A program made the position numbers and the translations under genes. The notes under the pieces were generated by a model that did no database searches, had not been told where the DNA came from, and saw only the letters and a program-made list of their open reading frames with translations. From an uncultured Gemmatimonadales bacterium (lineage in GTDB: Bacteria; Gemmatimonadota; Gemmatimonadetes; Gemmatimonadales; GWC2-71-9), in contig CAWCFX010000006.1 of assembly GCA_963795085.1 (NCBI GenBank), positions 1-64,000 of the forward strand: a DNA stretch of 64,000 nt, in the 5' to 3' direction. Below, piece by piece: positions 28,120 through 39,098 of this stretch; the stretch's first letter is position 1; each line of letters opens with the position of its first letter.

Positions 28120-30087
28120 CTACCGCTTCGCCCGTGCCCGCAAGAACTCCTTCACCCCCTCGAACACCCCAACCGCGTACAACCGCTGCCCCTCGGGCTG
28201 CCGCAACGCTGCCTCCTGGTCCGGCAGCATCATGAACAGCCCCTCGGTGAGAATGGCCGGCATCCAGGTGGGCCGCACGAGGGCCAGGTCGCCGCGGCCC
28301 ACGCCCAGGTCCCGGAGCCCCAGCTGCTCCACCAGGGCGCGCTGGACCGCCATGGCCAGCGGGATACTGCGCGGGTGATTGTAGTACACGCTGGTGCCGT
28401 TGTTGGTGAAGGGGTTCACTCCGTCCGGCAGCGCGTTGTTGTGGATCGAGACCAGCAGGTCGGCGTCCACGCTGTCCGCCAGCCGGACCCGGGGCCAGAG
28501 TTCCACCGGGGTATCGGTGGTGCGGGTCATGATGACCTCCGCGCCGGCGGCGGCCAGCAGGTCGCGAAGAATGTGGCTCACCGCCAGGTTCGCCTCCGCC
28601 TCCCGCAACCCGGTGGGACCGGTGGCGCCAACCGGCGGGTGCCCGGCGTCCACCACGATTCGGCGGCCGGCCAGCGGGTTGGCGGGATCCACGCGCGGCG
28701 GGCGGCGGATCTCCAGGATCAGGTCATTCCGCTGCCACCGGGTCCGGAACCCCCACACCGGCTCGGCCAGGTCAAAATCCACCGTCACCTCGTCGGCCGC
28801 CGGCTGGTCCCATGCAATGCTCTTGATGTAGGGGTCAGTGCCGCCGTAGCGGATCCAGTTGACGTCGCCGGCCGCGCTCTGCAGGCGCAGCCGGATCCGG
28901 CGCTCGTCTTCGATTACCTGGAAGGGAATCCGCTGGCTCAGCGGCAGCCGGAAGATGAACCGGTCGCCGGCGGGCGTGAGCGTGGCCGAACCCACCACGG
29001 CGCGGAGCGGCGGCAGGCCCGGGGGCAGCGGCTGCGCATCTTCCGCACTGATCCAGCTGCTGCTGGCCGCGGAGAGCCGGAGGCGCAGGTCGCCGTTCAC
29101 CCGGCCAGAGACCTGGGCCCGGGTGCCGGTGGGGAAGAACCACTGGTAGGTACCGCCGGGGAGCGCGCGGCCCACCGTGATTCCGTCGGTGAAACCGGTG
29201 TGGGCGGTGTCGTCGTCCAGCTGCACCAGGATCGGAAGGGTGTCGAGCAGCCGGAGCCGGATCGGCCAGGTCGCTCGCACGGTATCGGACCCCAGGACCG
29301 CTTCCACGCTGGGGAATGCGGTGGAATCAGACCCGGAGTCGCCGGCGGTTCCAACGGCGGGCCCCGGATCGGGGCCCAGACGGGTCCCCCGGATGCTGGC
29401 AGTGTATCGGTCGGCCCGGATCGGGCTGGCCAGGTTGCCGGTGTCGCGGTCGAAGGCCCGGATCCCCCAGGCCACGTCGCCGTAGCGGGGGTCGGTGACC
29501 ATCGGGATCCGGCTCCCGCCAGGAAGGACGATGGACACCGAGGCACCTTCCGAGGCCCGGACGGAGACGGCTATGTACTCGTCGGCCGGCCACCAGATCC
29601 GGCCCCGGGGACTCGTGGACGCCGAGTCCAGCCAGAGCGGACCGCCGGGGGCCATCCGGGCGGGACGCTTCAGTTCGAGTGTGGAGGTCTTCTGTTCGGC
29701 GCCGCGGGAGGCCACCAGCTCGAACCGCATGAGGGTATCCCGGGGAAACTCGATCCAGGCCAGCCAGGCGCCGTTGGGCCACACGGTGACGGTCTGCCCG
29801 TTGATCGTGAGCGCCGCGTCGCCGCTGCCCACCGACCCGAACATGAAGCTCGAATCACCGGTCTCTATCCGGGAACCGGCCGGAGGATAGATCACCCGGA
29901 TGGCCAGCGGACCCACGACCACCGGGACGGGCGGAAGCTTCCCACTGCTCCGAAAGGACGAATCGGCCACCCAAGCGGCGGGGGGATCACTGACCGGGCG
30001 GACCTCCACCCGGCCGGGGCCCCCGCCCGGGGCGCAGCCCAAAGCCAGGAGGCCCAGGCCAACGGCGAGGATGCGGACCTGTTTCAT
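28120..30087 (-). CDS. N-acetylmuramoyl-L-alanine amidase (Amidase_3), lipoprotein
   Basis: Lipobox LALGC; IVVDAGH...E...VIMTR...VSIHNNA...PAILTE. Confidence 0.9.
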   Translation of the reverse strand: MKQVRILAVGLGLLALGCAPGGGPGRVEVRPVSDPPAAWVADSSFRSSGKLPPVPVVVGPLAIRVIYPPAGSRIETGDSSFMFGSVGSGDAALTINGQTVTVWPNGAWLAWIEFPRDTLMRFELVASRGAEQKTSTLELKRPARMAPGGPLWLDSASTSPRGRIWWPADEYIAVSVRASEGASVSIVLPGGSRIPMVTDPRYGDVAWGIRAFDRDTGNLASPIRADRYTASIRGTRLGPDPGPAVGTAGDSGSDSTAFPSVEAVLGSDTVRATWPIRLRLLDTLPILVQLDDDTAHTGFTDGITVGRALPGGTYQWFFPTGTRAQVSGRVNGDLRLRLSAASSSWISAEDAQPLPPGLPPLRAVVGSATLTPAGDRFIFRLPLSQRIPFQVIEDERRIRLRLQSAAGDVNWIRYGGTDPYIKSIAWDQPAADEVTVDFDLAEPVWGFRTRWQRNDLILEIRRPPRVDPANPLAGRRIVVDAGHPPVGATGPTGLREAEANLAVSHILRDLLAAAGAEVIMTRTTDTPVELWPRVRLADSVDADLLVSIHNNALPDGVNPFTNNGTSVYYNHPRSIPLAMAVQRALVEQLGLRDLGVGRGDLALVRPTWMPAILTEGLFMMLPDQEAALRQPEGQRLYAVGVFEGVKEFLRARAKR

Positions 30088-30130
30088 GCGTCCCAAGGTA
30101 CAATAGGACTAGGACTTACGCCAAGCGGGC

Positions 30131-31203
30131 ATGTTGACGCTCACTCTCGCTCCCCGTACATTTGCGGGGACTCCAAGCGCCAAAACGAGTATTACAGAGA
30201 CGAGTCCTGAGGCGAAGCACTCAGCACTCAGCCTCAATACTCAGCACGACAATTCAGCACGCTTCGCTCGGCACTTTCCCTTCCCTGGAGGCTTTACGGC
30301 CGAAACCAGCAATCCCGGAGCCGTCCCGCCGACTCGCACCCAGCGGGCGTCGGACTCCGACCAGCGCTGTCCGACCTGCGCGGCGCCGATCGTGCCGAAC
30401 TTGCCGTTCTGCGGCACCTGCGGCACCCGGGTGGCGCCGGAAAAGAACGGGGTCGCCTGCACGACCTGCGGCCTGCGAAATCCGCCCGATCTCAAGTTCT
30501 GTCCCGGCTGCGGAGCGGCACTGGCGTTCGAGGGAGGCACCTCGGCCCGGATCATGGCCCCGTTGACCGTGAAGCTGACCCTGCTCGACCGGGGCGGGAG
30601 CACCCTCAAGGAATTCCCGCTCTCCCGTCCCGTCACCAGCCTGGGACGCCAGGGCGCCGACCTCACCTTCGCCGAGGATCCCTACCTCTCGCCGCTGCAC
30701 GCCCAGATCATCAACGCCAACGGTCAGGTGCGGGTGCGCGACCTGGGCAGCCGGAACGGGACCTGGCTGTTCATTGACCAGCCCCACCGGCTGACCGACG
30801 CGGACGCGATCCTGATCGGCGGGCAGATCTATCGCTTCCGCCGCCTCGGCTATCCCGGCCCTCGCCCACCCGAACAGGACGCCACCCGGCGGATGGGCAG
30901 CCTGATTCCCGGCGCCGACATCGCCTCGCTCACCCAGCTTCGGAGCGATGGCAGCGCCCGGGACGTGGTCCACCTTTCACCGGGACGCACGGTGACGCTC
31001 GGCCGGGAGCAGGGCGACTGGCAGTTCCCCTACGATCCCTCCATGAGTTCGCTCCACGCCTCGGTGCGGAGCGAGGACGCCGACTTCGTCATCACCGACA
31101 TGGGCAGCCGGAACGGGATCGCCATCGCGATCCGGGGTGAGCCGCTGCTGCGGAGCGGATCCCGCATCCTGATCGGGGATGAACTGCTGAAGGTGGAGTT
31201 TTC

Positions 31204-31207
<4 letters not shown>
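30131..31207 (+). CDS. Double zinc ribbon plus two FHA domains; true start uncertain, probably downstream of 30131
   Basis: CPTC/CGTC/CTTC/CPGC; LGR...SPLHA...DLGSRNGT and LGR...SSLHA...DMGSRNG. Confidence 0.88.
30134..30162 (+). promoter_or_regulatory. Sigma70-type promoter for the FHA/kinase operon
   Basis: TTGACG-N17-TACATT. Confidence 0.6.
30216..30260 (+). repeat. Degenerate CAGCACT heptamer run
   Basis: AGCACT CAGCACT CAGCCT CAATACT CAGCAC...TCAGCAC; same unit as 52134-52182. Confidence 0.6.
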
Positions 31208-32851
<1,644 letters not shown>

Positions 32852-32880
<29 letters not shown>

Positions 32881-33904
32881 TGAGGACCACGTGCCCAACG
32901 GCCCCGTCCGCGTAACCGTCTTCGGCAAGACCGACCTTGGCCGCACCCGCGACCACAACGAGGACACTTTCCTCGTGGCCGACCTGACCCAGGGGAACGC
33001 CAGCCTGCAGCCCGAGGTGCGGGATCACGTGGTGGGCCCGCGCGGCTCCCTCTTCATGGTGGCCGACGGCATGGGCGGCGCCGCCGCCGGCGAGGTGGCC
33101 AGCGCCATGGCCACGGATGTTATCCTCACCCACCTCCGGGAGACCTGGGCCAAGGATCCCGATGCGACTTCCCAGCGCTTCGCGTTCCGGCTCAAGGAAG
33201 CGGTGGAGCTGGCCAACGCCAAGATCCACGCCCACTCGAAAGAACATCCCGAAGTCCGCGGCATGGGGACCACCGTGACGGTGGCCGGCATCCTGAACCA
33301 CGAGCTCTACCTGGCCCAGGTGGGGGACAGCCGGGCCTATCTCATCCGCCGGGGCCAGGCCATCCAGCTCACCAAGGACCAGTCGCTGATGCAGCGGCTG
33401 GTGGAAGCCGGGGAACTGACCGAGGAAGAGGCCGAACAGAGCGAGCGGCGCAATATCATCCTGCAGGCGCTGGGACCGGAGGCCAGGGTCAAGGTGGACC
33501 TCACCTACCAGCCGCTCTCCCAGGGCGACACCGTGGTGCTTTGCAGCGACGGGCTCTCCGGCCAGGTGAAGAAGGACGAGATCGCCGAGCTGGTGCGGAG
33601 CAACACCGACCTGGTGAGCCTCTGTTCCCGGCTGATCGATACGGCCAACAGCCGGGGCGGCCCCGACAATATTACCGCCGTGGTGGCGCGGTTCGAGGGC
33701 GACGGACTCAACGATCCCCGCACCGCCGACGAGGTGGGCTACCAGGTCTATCCCCTGAGCGAGGGCGAGGCCACCACCCAGCCGGTGCCGATCTACACCG
33801 GGAGTCCGGCCCCGGTCTCCCAGAAGCACCAGAAACGCCTGCTGCTCCTCGCGGTGGTGGGCGGACTGCTGGCCCTCGCGGCCTTTCTGCTGCTGAACCG
33901 GTGA
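32852..33904 (+). CDS. PP2C-family Ser/Thr phosphatase (Stp1-like) with C-terminal TM
   Basis: TDLGRTRDHNED, VADGMGG, GMGTT, VGDSRAY, CSDGL, GGPDNIT. Confidence 0.95.
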
Positions 33905-35310
33905 GAATCGCCTTTACCTTCGGCGGCGGCGCCCGGGCGGGCCACACCGAAGAGTTCAGCCAGCCCTTCGTGCAGATCGGCCGGCACCCCCACTGCGACC
34001 TCCGCTTCGATCCCGACCGGGATCTCGACGTCTCCAGCCGCCACGCCACCGTGCTGCTGCAGGGCGAGATGTTCACCCTCCGCGACCTGGGCAGCACCAA
34101 CGGCACCTTCCTGAACGGGAAGCGGATCACCGCCGACCATGTCATCACCAGCGGCGACGAGATCCAGTTCGGCAAGCAGGGTCCCCGCGTCACGGTGCAG
34201 GTCCTCCGGCAGCAGCGCACCGGAGCGGGGCAGACGCTGCCGGAGCCGGCGGTGGAAACCCCGGCCCCGCCGGCCCCCAGGATCGAGCGGTCGGTGCGGC
34301 GCACCCCGCCGGGCCAGACCACGACCCGCATCAAGGTGGAAGTGGCCCGGCAGACCGCGACCCTGCGGCGGACCACGGTTATCCTGCTGGGGCTGCTCTT
34401 CGTGCTGGCGGCGGCCTATCTCTGGCAGAGCATCACCGCCTCCCGGCGGATCGACCAGGAACGGGCCGACCTGCTCCGCATGGCCGACAGCCTCGCCGCG
34501 GCCTACCAGGCGGTGCAGGCCAACGTAGCCTCGCTGCAGGGCGCTCTCGACTCGGCGCAGGCGGAGACCGCGCGGCTCCGGGCCCGGATCGGCCAGGGCG
34601 GGGACGCCTCCGAGTTGAGCGAGCTGCGGGCCCAGCTGCAGCTCGCCCAGCGGCGGCAGGCCAGCATCTCGGTGGCCGCCTCCTTCGACCCCGCCCCCAT
34701 CAACCGGGCCAACCGGGACGGCATCGCGGTCGTCATCGTGGAGTTCAACGACGGCAGCGTCCGCACCGGGTCGGGATTCGCGGTGCGCTCGGCCAACGAC
34801 CAGGTCCTGCTGCTGACCAACCGCCACGTGGTGACCGGCCCCGACGGCAACCCGCCCCGGCGGATCGGCGCGATCTTCAACGGGTCCAGCCAGAACTTCC
34901 CCACCACCCTGGTGGCCACCCACCCCGATGCGCGGGTGGACGTCGCCCTCCTCAACGTGCCGCTCCGGGGCGGCGTGGAGACGGTCATCTCCATCGCCGC
35001 CACCGTGGTGCCCGAGGAAGGCGACCCGGTGGCGATCATCGGGTTCCCGCTCGGGCTCGACATGGCGATGGGCGGCGAATGGCAGCGGGTGGGGGTGTCC
35101 ACGTCACTCAATACCGGGACCATGAGCAAGGTGCTCGACAACCAGCTGGTCCTGACCGGCTACGGCGCGGCCGGAATGAGCGGCAGCCCGATCTTCAATG
35201 CCCGGGGCCAGGTGATCGGGATCGTGTACGGCGGCCAGCGGGACAGCCAGGGCCGGGTGGTGCTGGGCGTGCCAATCCGGTTTGCGCGGGAGGTGCTGGC
35301 CGGGAGGTAG
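33901..35310 (+). CDS. FHA domain - TM - coiled coil - trypsin-like serine protease
   Basis: GTG at 33901 (GTGA overlap); IGR...SSRHA...DLGSTNGT; TM; triad TNRHVV / VDVALL / GMSGSP. Confidence 0.88.
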   Translation: MRIAFTFGGGARAGHTEEFSQPFVQIGRHPHCDLRFDPDRDLDVSSRHATVLLQGEMFTLRDLGSTNGTFLNGKRITADHVITSGDEIQFGKQGPRVTVQVLRQQRTGAGQTLPEPAVETPAPPAPRIERSVRRTPPGQTTTRIKVEVARQTATLRRTTVILLGLLFVLAAAYLWQSITASRRIDQERADLLRMADSLAAAYQAVQANVASLQGALDSAQAETARLRARIGQGGDASELSELRAQLQLAQRRQASISVAASFDPAPINRANRDGIAVVIVEFNDGSVRTGSGFAVRSANDQVLLLTNRHVVTGPDGNPPRRIGAIFNGSSQNFPTTLVATHPDARVDVALLNVPLRGGVETVISIAATVVPEEGDPVAIIGFPLGLDMAMGGEWQRVGVSTSLNTGTMSKVLDNQLVLTGYGAAGMSGSPIFNARGQVIGIVYGGQRDSQGRVVLGVPIRFAREVLAGR

Positions 35311-35347
35311 CGGGTTTGCGTGCAGCCAGGTCGTCCAGGCCTGGAGG

Positions 35348-35890
35348 TTCGAGGCGCCTTAACGCCGAGAACTCAAGTGGCGATCGAGTTACCGTGGCTC
35401 ACCCATCGTTAGGGACCGCGGCAGATCTGGGGACGGCGGGCGGAGTGGAAACCACCGGTCCTTGGTAGTTATTGACTCTCCTGACAATCCCATTCTTAAG
35501 CATGACCTCGTGAAAATTAATAAGTAATCCTACCTGACGACCGCTGAGGCGCAGGTGTGAGAGAAGCTGTGCCTTGTGAACCGGGAGGATCTTCTCCTGT
35601 GCCTTGATCTCAACGATAACCTGATCCGCGACCAGCAGGTCTATCCGATACCCTATCTCAAGCCTGACGCCGTCATACACAAGGGGAAGGCCGACCTGAC
35701 GGGCAACCGCTAGGTCCGCTTTCTCCAGTTCGTGAACGAGGCATGCTTCGTAGGAATTCTCCAGCACTCCGGGACCCAGCCTGGAATGGACCCGAATAGC
35801 ACACCCAATAATCGTGGTCGTGATTTCATCTGGCTCCATCCTGCGTTCTCTGTCTGGCATTCTGCGTGCCCTGCGTTAGAGCGCCTCGAA
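35348..35890. mobile_element. Candidate element: GxxExxY gene between ~20-bp terminal inverted repeats
   Basis: Left TTCGAGGCGCCTTAACGCCG (35348); right CTGCGTTAGAGCGCCTCGAA (35871-35890, reverse complement TTCGAGGCGCTCTAACGCAG); interior visibly lower in GC than the flanks. Confidence 0.55.
35399..35839 (-). CDS. GxxExxY protein (PD-(D/E)XK nuclease-like family)
   Basis: IIGCAIRVHSRLGPGVLENSYE...RIDLLV...IVEIKA...AQLLSHLRL...GLLINF. Confidence 0.95.
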   Translation of the reverse strand: MEPDEITTTIIGCAIRVHSRLGPGVLENSYEACLVHELEKADLAVARQVGLPLVYDGVRLEIGYRIDLLVADQVIVEIKAQEKILPVHKAQLLSHLRLSGRQVGLLINFHEVMLKNGIVRRVNNYQGPVVSTPPAVPRSAAVPNDG

Positions 35891-35966
35891 ACCCGACACA
35901 CTCTAGGTGCCAGCCGCGCGGACACTACTATCGGAAAAATGAGAGCCGGCCCGAATTCACGCGAAC

Positions 35967-37592
35967 CTATTTCAGCAGCACCCAGCCCAACCCCAGCATC
36001 CCCCCCAGAATCACCACCACCCACACCAGCCACCGCCCCCCGTCCCGCGCCAGGTTGTCCAGCGGCGTGAGCCCGGTGCGTTCCCGCACCGGTCGCCACC
36101 ACCCTCCGGGCCGGATCCGGGCATAGAACCGGTCCAGCACCGCCTCCCGCTCCGGCCGCGTCAGGAAGGTCACCGGCAGCCAGATCGCCATGGTCCCGAA
36201 GGTGGTGAACGAAAGCCGCAGGCCCCAGCTCCACGGGTGCAGGCTCGCATATATCGCCAGCACCACGCCCACCAGCATCGCCACGATCTCGGTCCACGCG
36301 TTGATCCGCCACCAGAACCAGCGCAGCAGCAGCACGATGCCGGTCCCGCTTCCGATCAGCACCAGGAACCGGAACACCTGGCCCACGCTCTCCATGAAGA
36401 ACGAGAGCGCCGCCGCGGCCAGGGTGATGCCGACCGAGGCCCAGCGCGCCGCCCGGAGCAGGCGGACTTCATCCTTTTCGCCGGTGAACCGCCCGTAGAG
36501 ATCATGGACGAGATAGCTGGCGCCCCAGTTCACCTGGGTGGACACGGTGGACATGAACGCAGCCACCAGGCTCGCGAAGACCAGGCCGAGGAGTCCGGCG
36601 GGAAGGTAGCGCACCATCATGAGGGGGTAGGCCATCTCCGGGTCTTCCAGCCCGGGCATGACCAGCAGGGCGGCGAGGCCCACCAGCACCCAGGGCCAGG
36701 TTCGTACGACGTAGTTGAGGATGTTGAACGCGTGGGCCGCCTTGGCCGCCTCCTTCTCGTTGGCGGTGGAGGCCAGCCGCTGCACGAACATGCCGCCGCC
36801 GTCACTGTTCCGGTACGCCCACCACTGGACCCCGATGTAGCCCAGGAAGGTGAGCATGGGGACCATCGCCTCGGGCCCGGTCGGCACCAGGTCCAGCCGG
36901 GCGCCCTCTCCCTGGGCCCGGAGGGCGTCGGTCATCGCCCCGAGCCCGCCCACTTCGTTCAGGGCATACACCATCACGATGAGCGCACCCGCCATGGCCA
37001 GGATGTACTGGATGAAATCGGTCGCCACCACGCCCCAGAGCCCGGACGCCGCGGTATAGATGAGGGTGATCAACACGATGGGGAGAATGGCCCAGAGCCG
37101 GGGGTCGCCGGGCAGCGCCGGCAGGCTGTCCAGGATGCCCAGTGCCAGGACCACTTTGCGCATGGCCAGCATGCCATAGCCGATGCCGATGCAGTTGAGC
37201 GGCACCGCCAGCAGGAAGGCCCGGCTGGCGCGCAGCACCGCGGCGGGGCGCCCGCCATACCGCAGCTCGGTGAACTCCATGTCGGTCAGCACCTGGGCCC
37301 GCCGCCACAGCTTGGCCAGCAGCACCGCGAGCAGCACGTGGGCAAAGGCGAAGCTCCACCACTCCCAGTTGCCCGCGACCCCCGCCTGCGCCACCCGCCC
37401 CGCGATGTAGAGCGGGGTGTCCACGTTGAAGGTGGCCGCCGCCATGGACGTCGCCGCCAGCCACCACGGGATCGCCCGGCCGCCCACGAAAAACTCGGCC
37501 AGGTTGCGGCTGCCCCGCCGGGCCACGTACAGCCCGAGGAACAGCGACCCGCCGAGGTAGAGCGCGACGATCAGCCAGTCGAGGAGAGCCAT
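35967..37592 (-). CDS. Sodium:solute symporter family transporter
   Basis: Many TM segments; FFVGGR.IPWW, SGLWGVVATD.IQ, AAFMST. Confidence 0.92.
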   Translation of the reverse strand: MALLDWLIVALYLGGSLFLGLYVARRGSRNLAEFFVGGRAIPWWLAATSMAAATFNVDTPLYIAGRVAQAGVAGNWEWWSFAFAHVLLAVLLAKLWRRAQVLTDMEFTELRYGGRPAAVLRASRAFLLAVPLNCIGIGYGMLAMRKVVLALGILDSLPALPGDPRLWAILPIVLITLIYTAASGLWGVVATDFIQYILAMAGALIVMVYALNEVGGLGAMTDALRAQGEGARLDLVPTGPEAMVPMLTFLGYIGVQWWAYRNSDGGGMFVQRLASTANEKEAAKAAHAFNILNYVVRTWPWVLVGLAALLVMPGLEDPEMAYPLMMVRYLPAGLLGLVFASLVAAFMSTVSTQVNWGASYLVHDLYGRFTGEKDEVRLLRAARWASVGITLAAAALSFFMESVGQVFRFLVLIGSGTGIVLLLRWFWWRINAWTEIVAMLVGVVLAIYASLHPWSWGLRLSFTTFGTMAIWLPVTFLTRPEREAVLDRFYARIRPGGWWRPVRERTGLTPLDNLARDGGRWLVWVVVILGGMLGLGWVLLK

Positions 37593-37664
37593 CAGCGGTT
37601 AACCATCAGTCCATCATCGCCCGGTGCAGGTGCGGAGGGACACGCCGACATTCGCGCATGCTGG

Positions 37665-39098
37665 CTAGTGCCCCGCCAGTAATTCCCGGCACATCCCGGC
37701 CACCGCCGCCTGCATCAGCCGCTGCCGGTGCCAGGCCCCCAGGATCGGTGCCGCGCCGGGAATGGTGCCGGCCAGGCGAGGGTGGCCGAAGAGAACCACC
37801 AGTCCCGCGCCGGGGACCGCCTCCGCGATCCGGCGCTGCGCCGCCTCGCTCAAGCCCGCGCGCGACTTCCAGCCCCGTGGCTCCGCGAAGATCAGCACGA
37901 CCCGGGTACCGCCCTTTTCCAGCCTGACCCCCGCCTCCAGCAGCATCCCGGGGACCAGCACCTCCGGGCTCGGCGCATACGGCCCGCCGATATCGTCGTC
38001 AATGAGGACCAGTTCGAGCGGGGCCGAAAGGGAAGGCCGGGCGCCCCGGAGCCACCCGTCCTGCAGCAGTCGCCGCGCGATGCCGGCGGAGTCGCCGGTG
38101 GGCGGCGCACCCTCCACTGGACGATGGGCCTGTACCAGCGCCGCATCGTACCGGGCCAGGGACGCGATCACCCGCTCCGGCGCCAGCAGCCCTGCTTCCA
38201 CGTCGCGGCGAAGCCCCGCTACCACCTCCGCGGTGTCCCGCGGATAGAGCAGCAGGTCCACGCCGGCCCGCACGATTTCGCCCGCTGCCTCCGCTTCCCG
38301 CCCCCGCCGGGCGCCTTCCATGATCATCGCATCGGTCACGACCAGGCCGTCGAAGCCGGTGGCGCGGAGCCGGGCCAGGAGGGGGGCGGAGAACGTCGCG
38401 GGGAGCCCGGAACGGTCCAGCGCCGGAAAACTGACATGGGCGGTCATGATGGACGCGACACCGGCTTCGATGGCCGCGCGGAAAGGAATTTCGTCCAGGA
38501 CCATCTGGTCGGGCGGTGCCTCCACCCGCGGCAGCCCGGCGTGCGAATCGGTGGTGGTACGGCCGTGCCCGGGATAATGCTTGGCGCAGGCCAGCGCGCC
38601 CGCCGCCTGGCAGCTGGTTACCCAGGTCTTGACCCATTTCGCCACCAGCCAGGGATCCGCCCCGAAAGACCGGCTCTGGACAATGGGATTCTCGGGCTCG
38701 AGGTCGAGATCCGCCACCGGCGCAAAGACCCAGTTGATGCCGATTTTCCGCGATTCGGCGGCGGTCGTGGCCGCCGCGGCCCGGATGACATCGGCATCAC
38801 CCAGCGAGCCCAGCGCGCCGGGCGGAGGAAACTCGGTGAGGCCTTCTACCTGCTGGCCGGCACCGCGCTCCAGGTCGGCGCCCACCAGCAGCGCCCGGCC
38901 GGCATGGGCCGCTGCGCCGGAGACGAACCGCTCGACCCCCACCGGCGTGCCGCCGAAGAGAATGAAGCCGCCCACCCCCAGGTCGAGCGCCGACCGGGCC
39001 GCGTCCCACTCGTGGGAGAAACCGCTGCCCTCGCGCCAGCGCACCGCGGGCAGCACCAGGCGGGCGACCTCGGTGGAGCGGGTTGGGGAGGAAGTCAC
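37665..39098 (-). CDS. nagZ: GH3 beta-N-acetylhexosaminidase
   Basis: GTG 39098 overlapping the anmK stop; ADLERG, FAPVAD, RSFG, KHYPGHG...DSH, IMTAHV, VTDAM. Confidence 0.88.
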   Translation of the reverse strand: MTSSPTRSTEVARLVLPAVRWREGSGFSHEWDAARSALDLGVGGFILFGGTPVGVERFVSGAAAHAGRALLVGADLERGAGQQVEGLTEFPPPGALGSLGDADVIRAAAATTAAESRKIGINWVFAPVADLDLEPENPIVQSRSFGADPWLVAKWVKTWVTSCQAAGALACAKHYPGHGRTTTDSHAGLPRVEAPPDQMVLDEIPFRAAIEAGVASIMTAHVSFPALDRSGLPATFSAPLLARLRATGFDGLVVTDAMIMEGARRGREAEAAGEIVRAGVDLLLYPRDTAEVVAGLRRDVEAGLLAPERVIASLARYDAALVQAHRPVEGAPPTGDSAGIARRLLQDGWLRGARPSLSAPLELVLIDDDIGGPYAPSPEVLVPGMLLEAGVRLEKGGTRVVLIFAEPRGWKSRAGLSEAAQRRIAEAVPGAGLVVLFGHPRLAGTIPGAAPILGAWHRQRLMQAAVAGMCRELLAGH

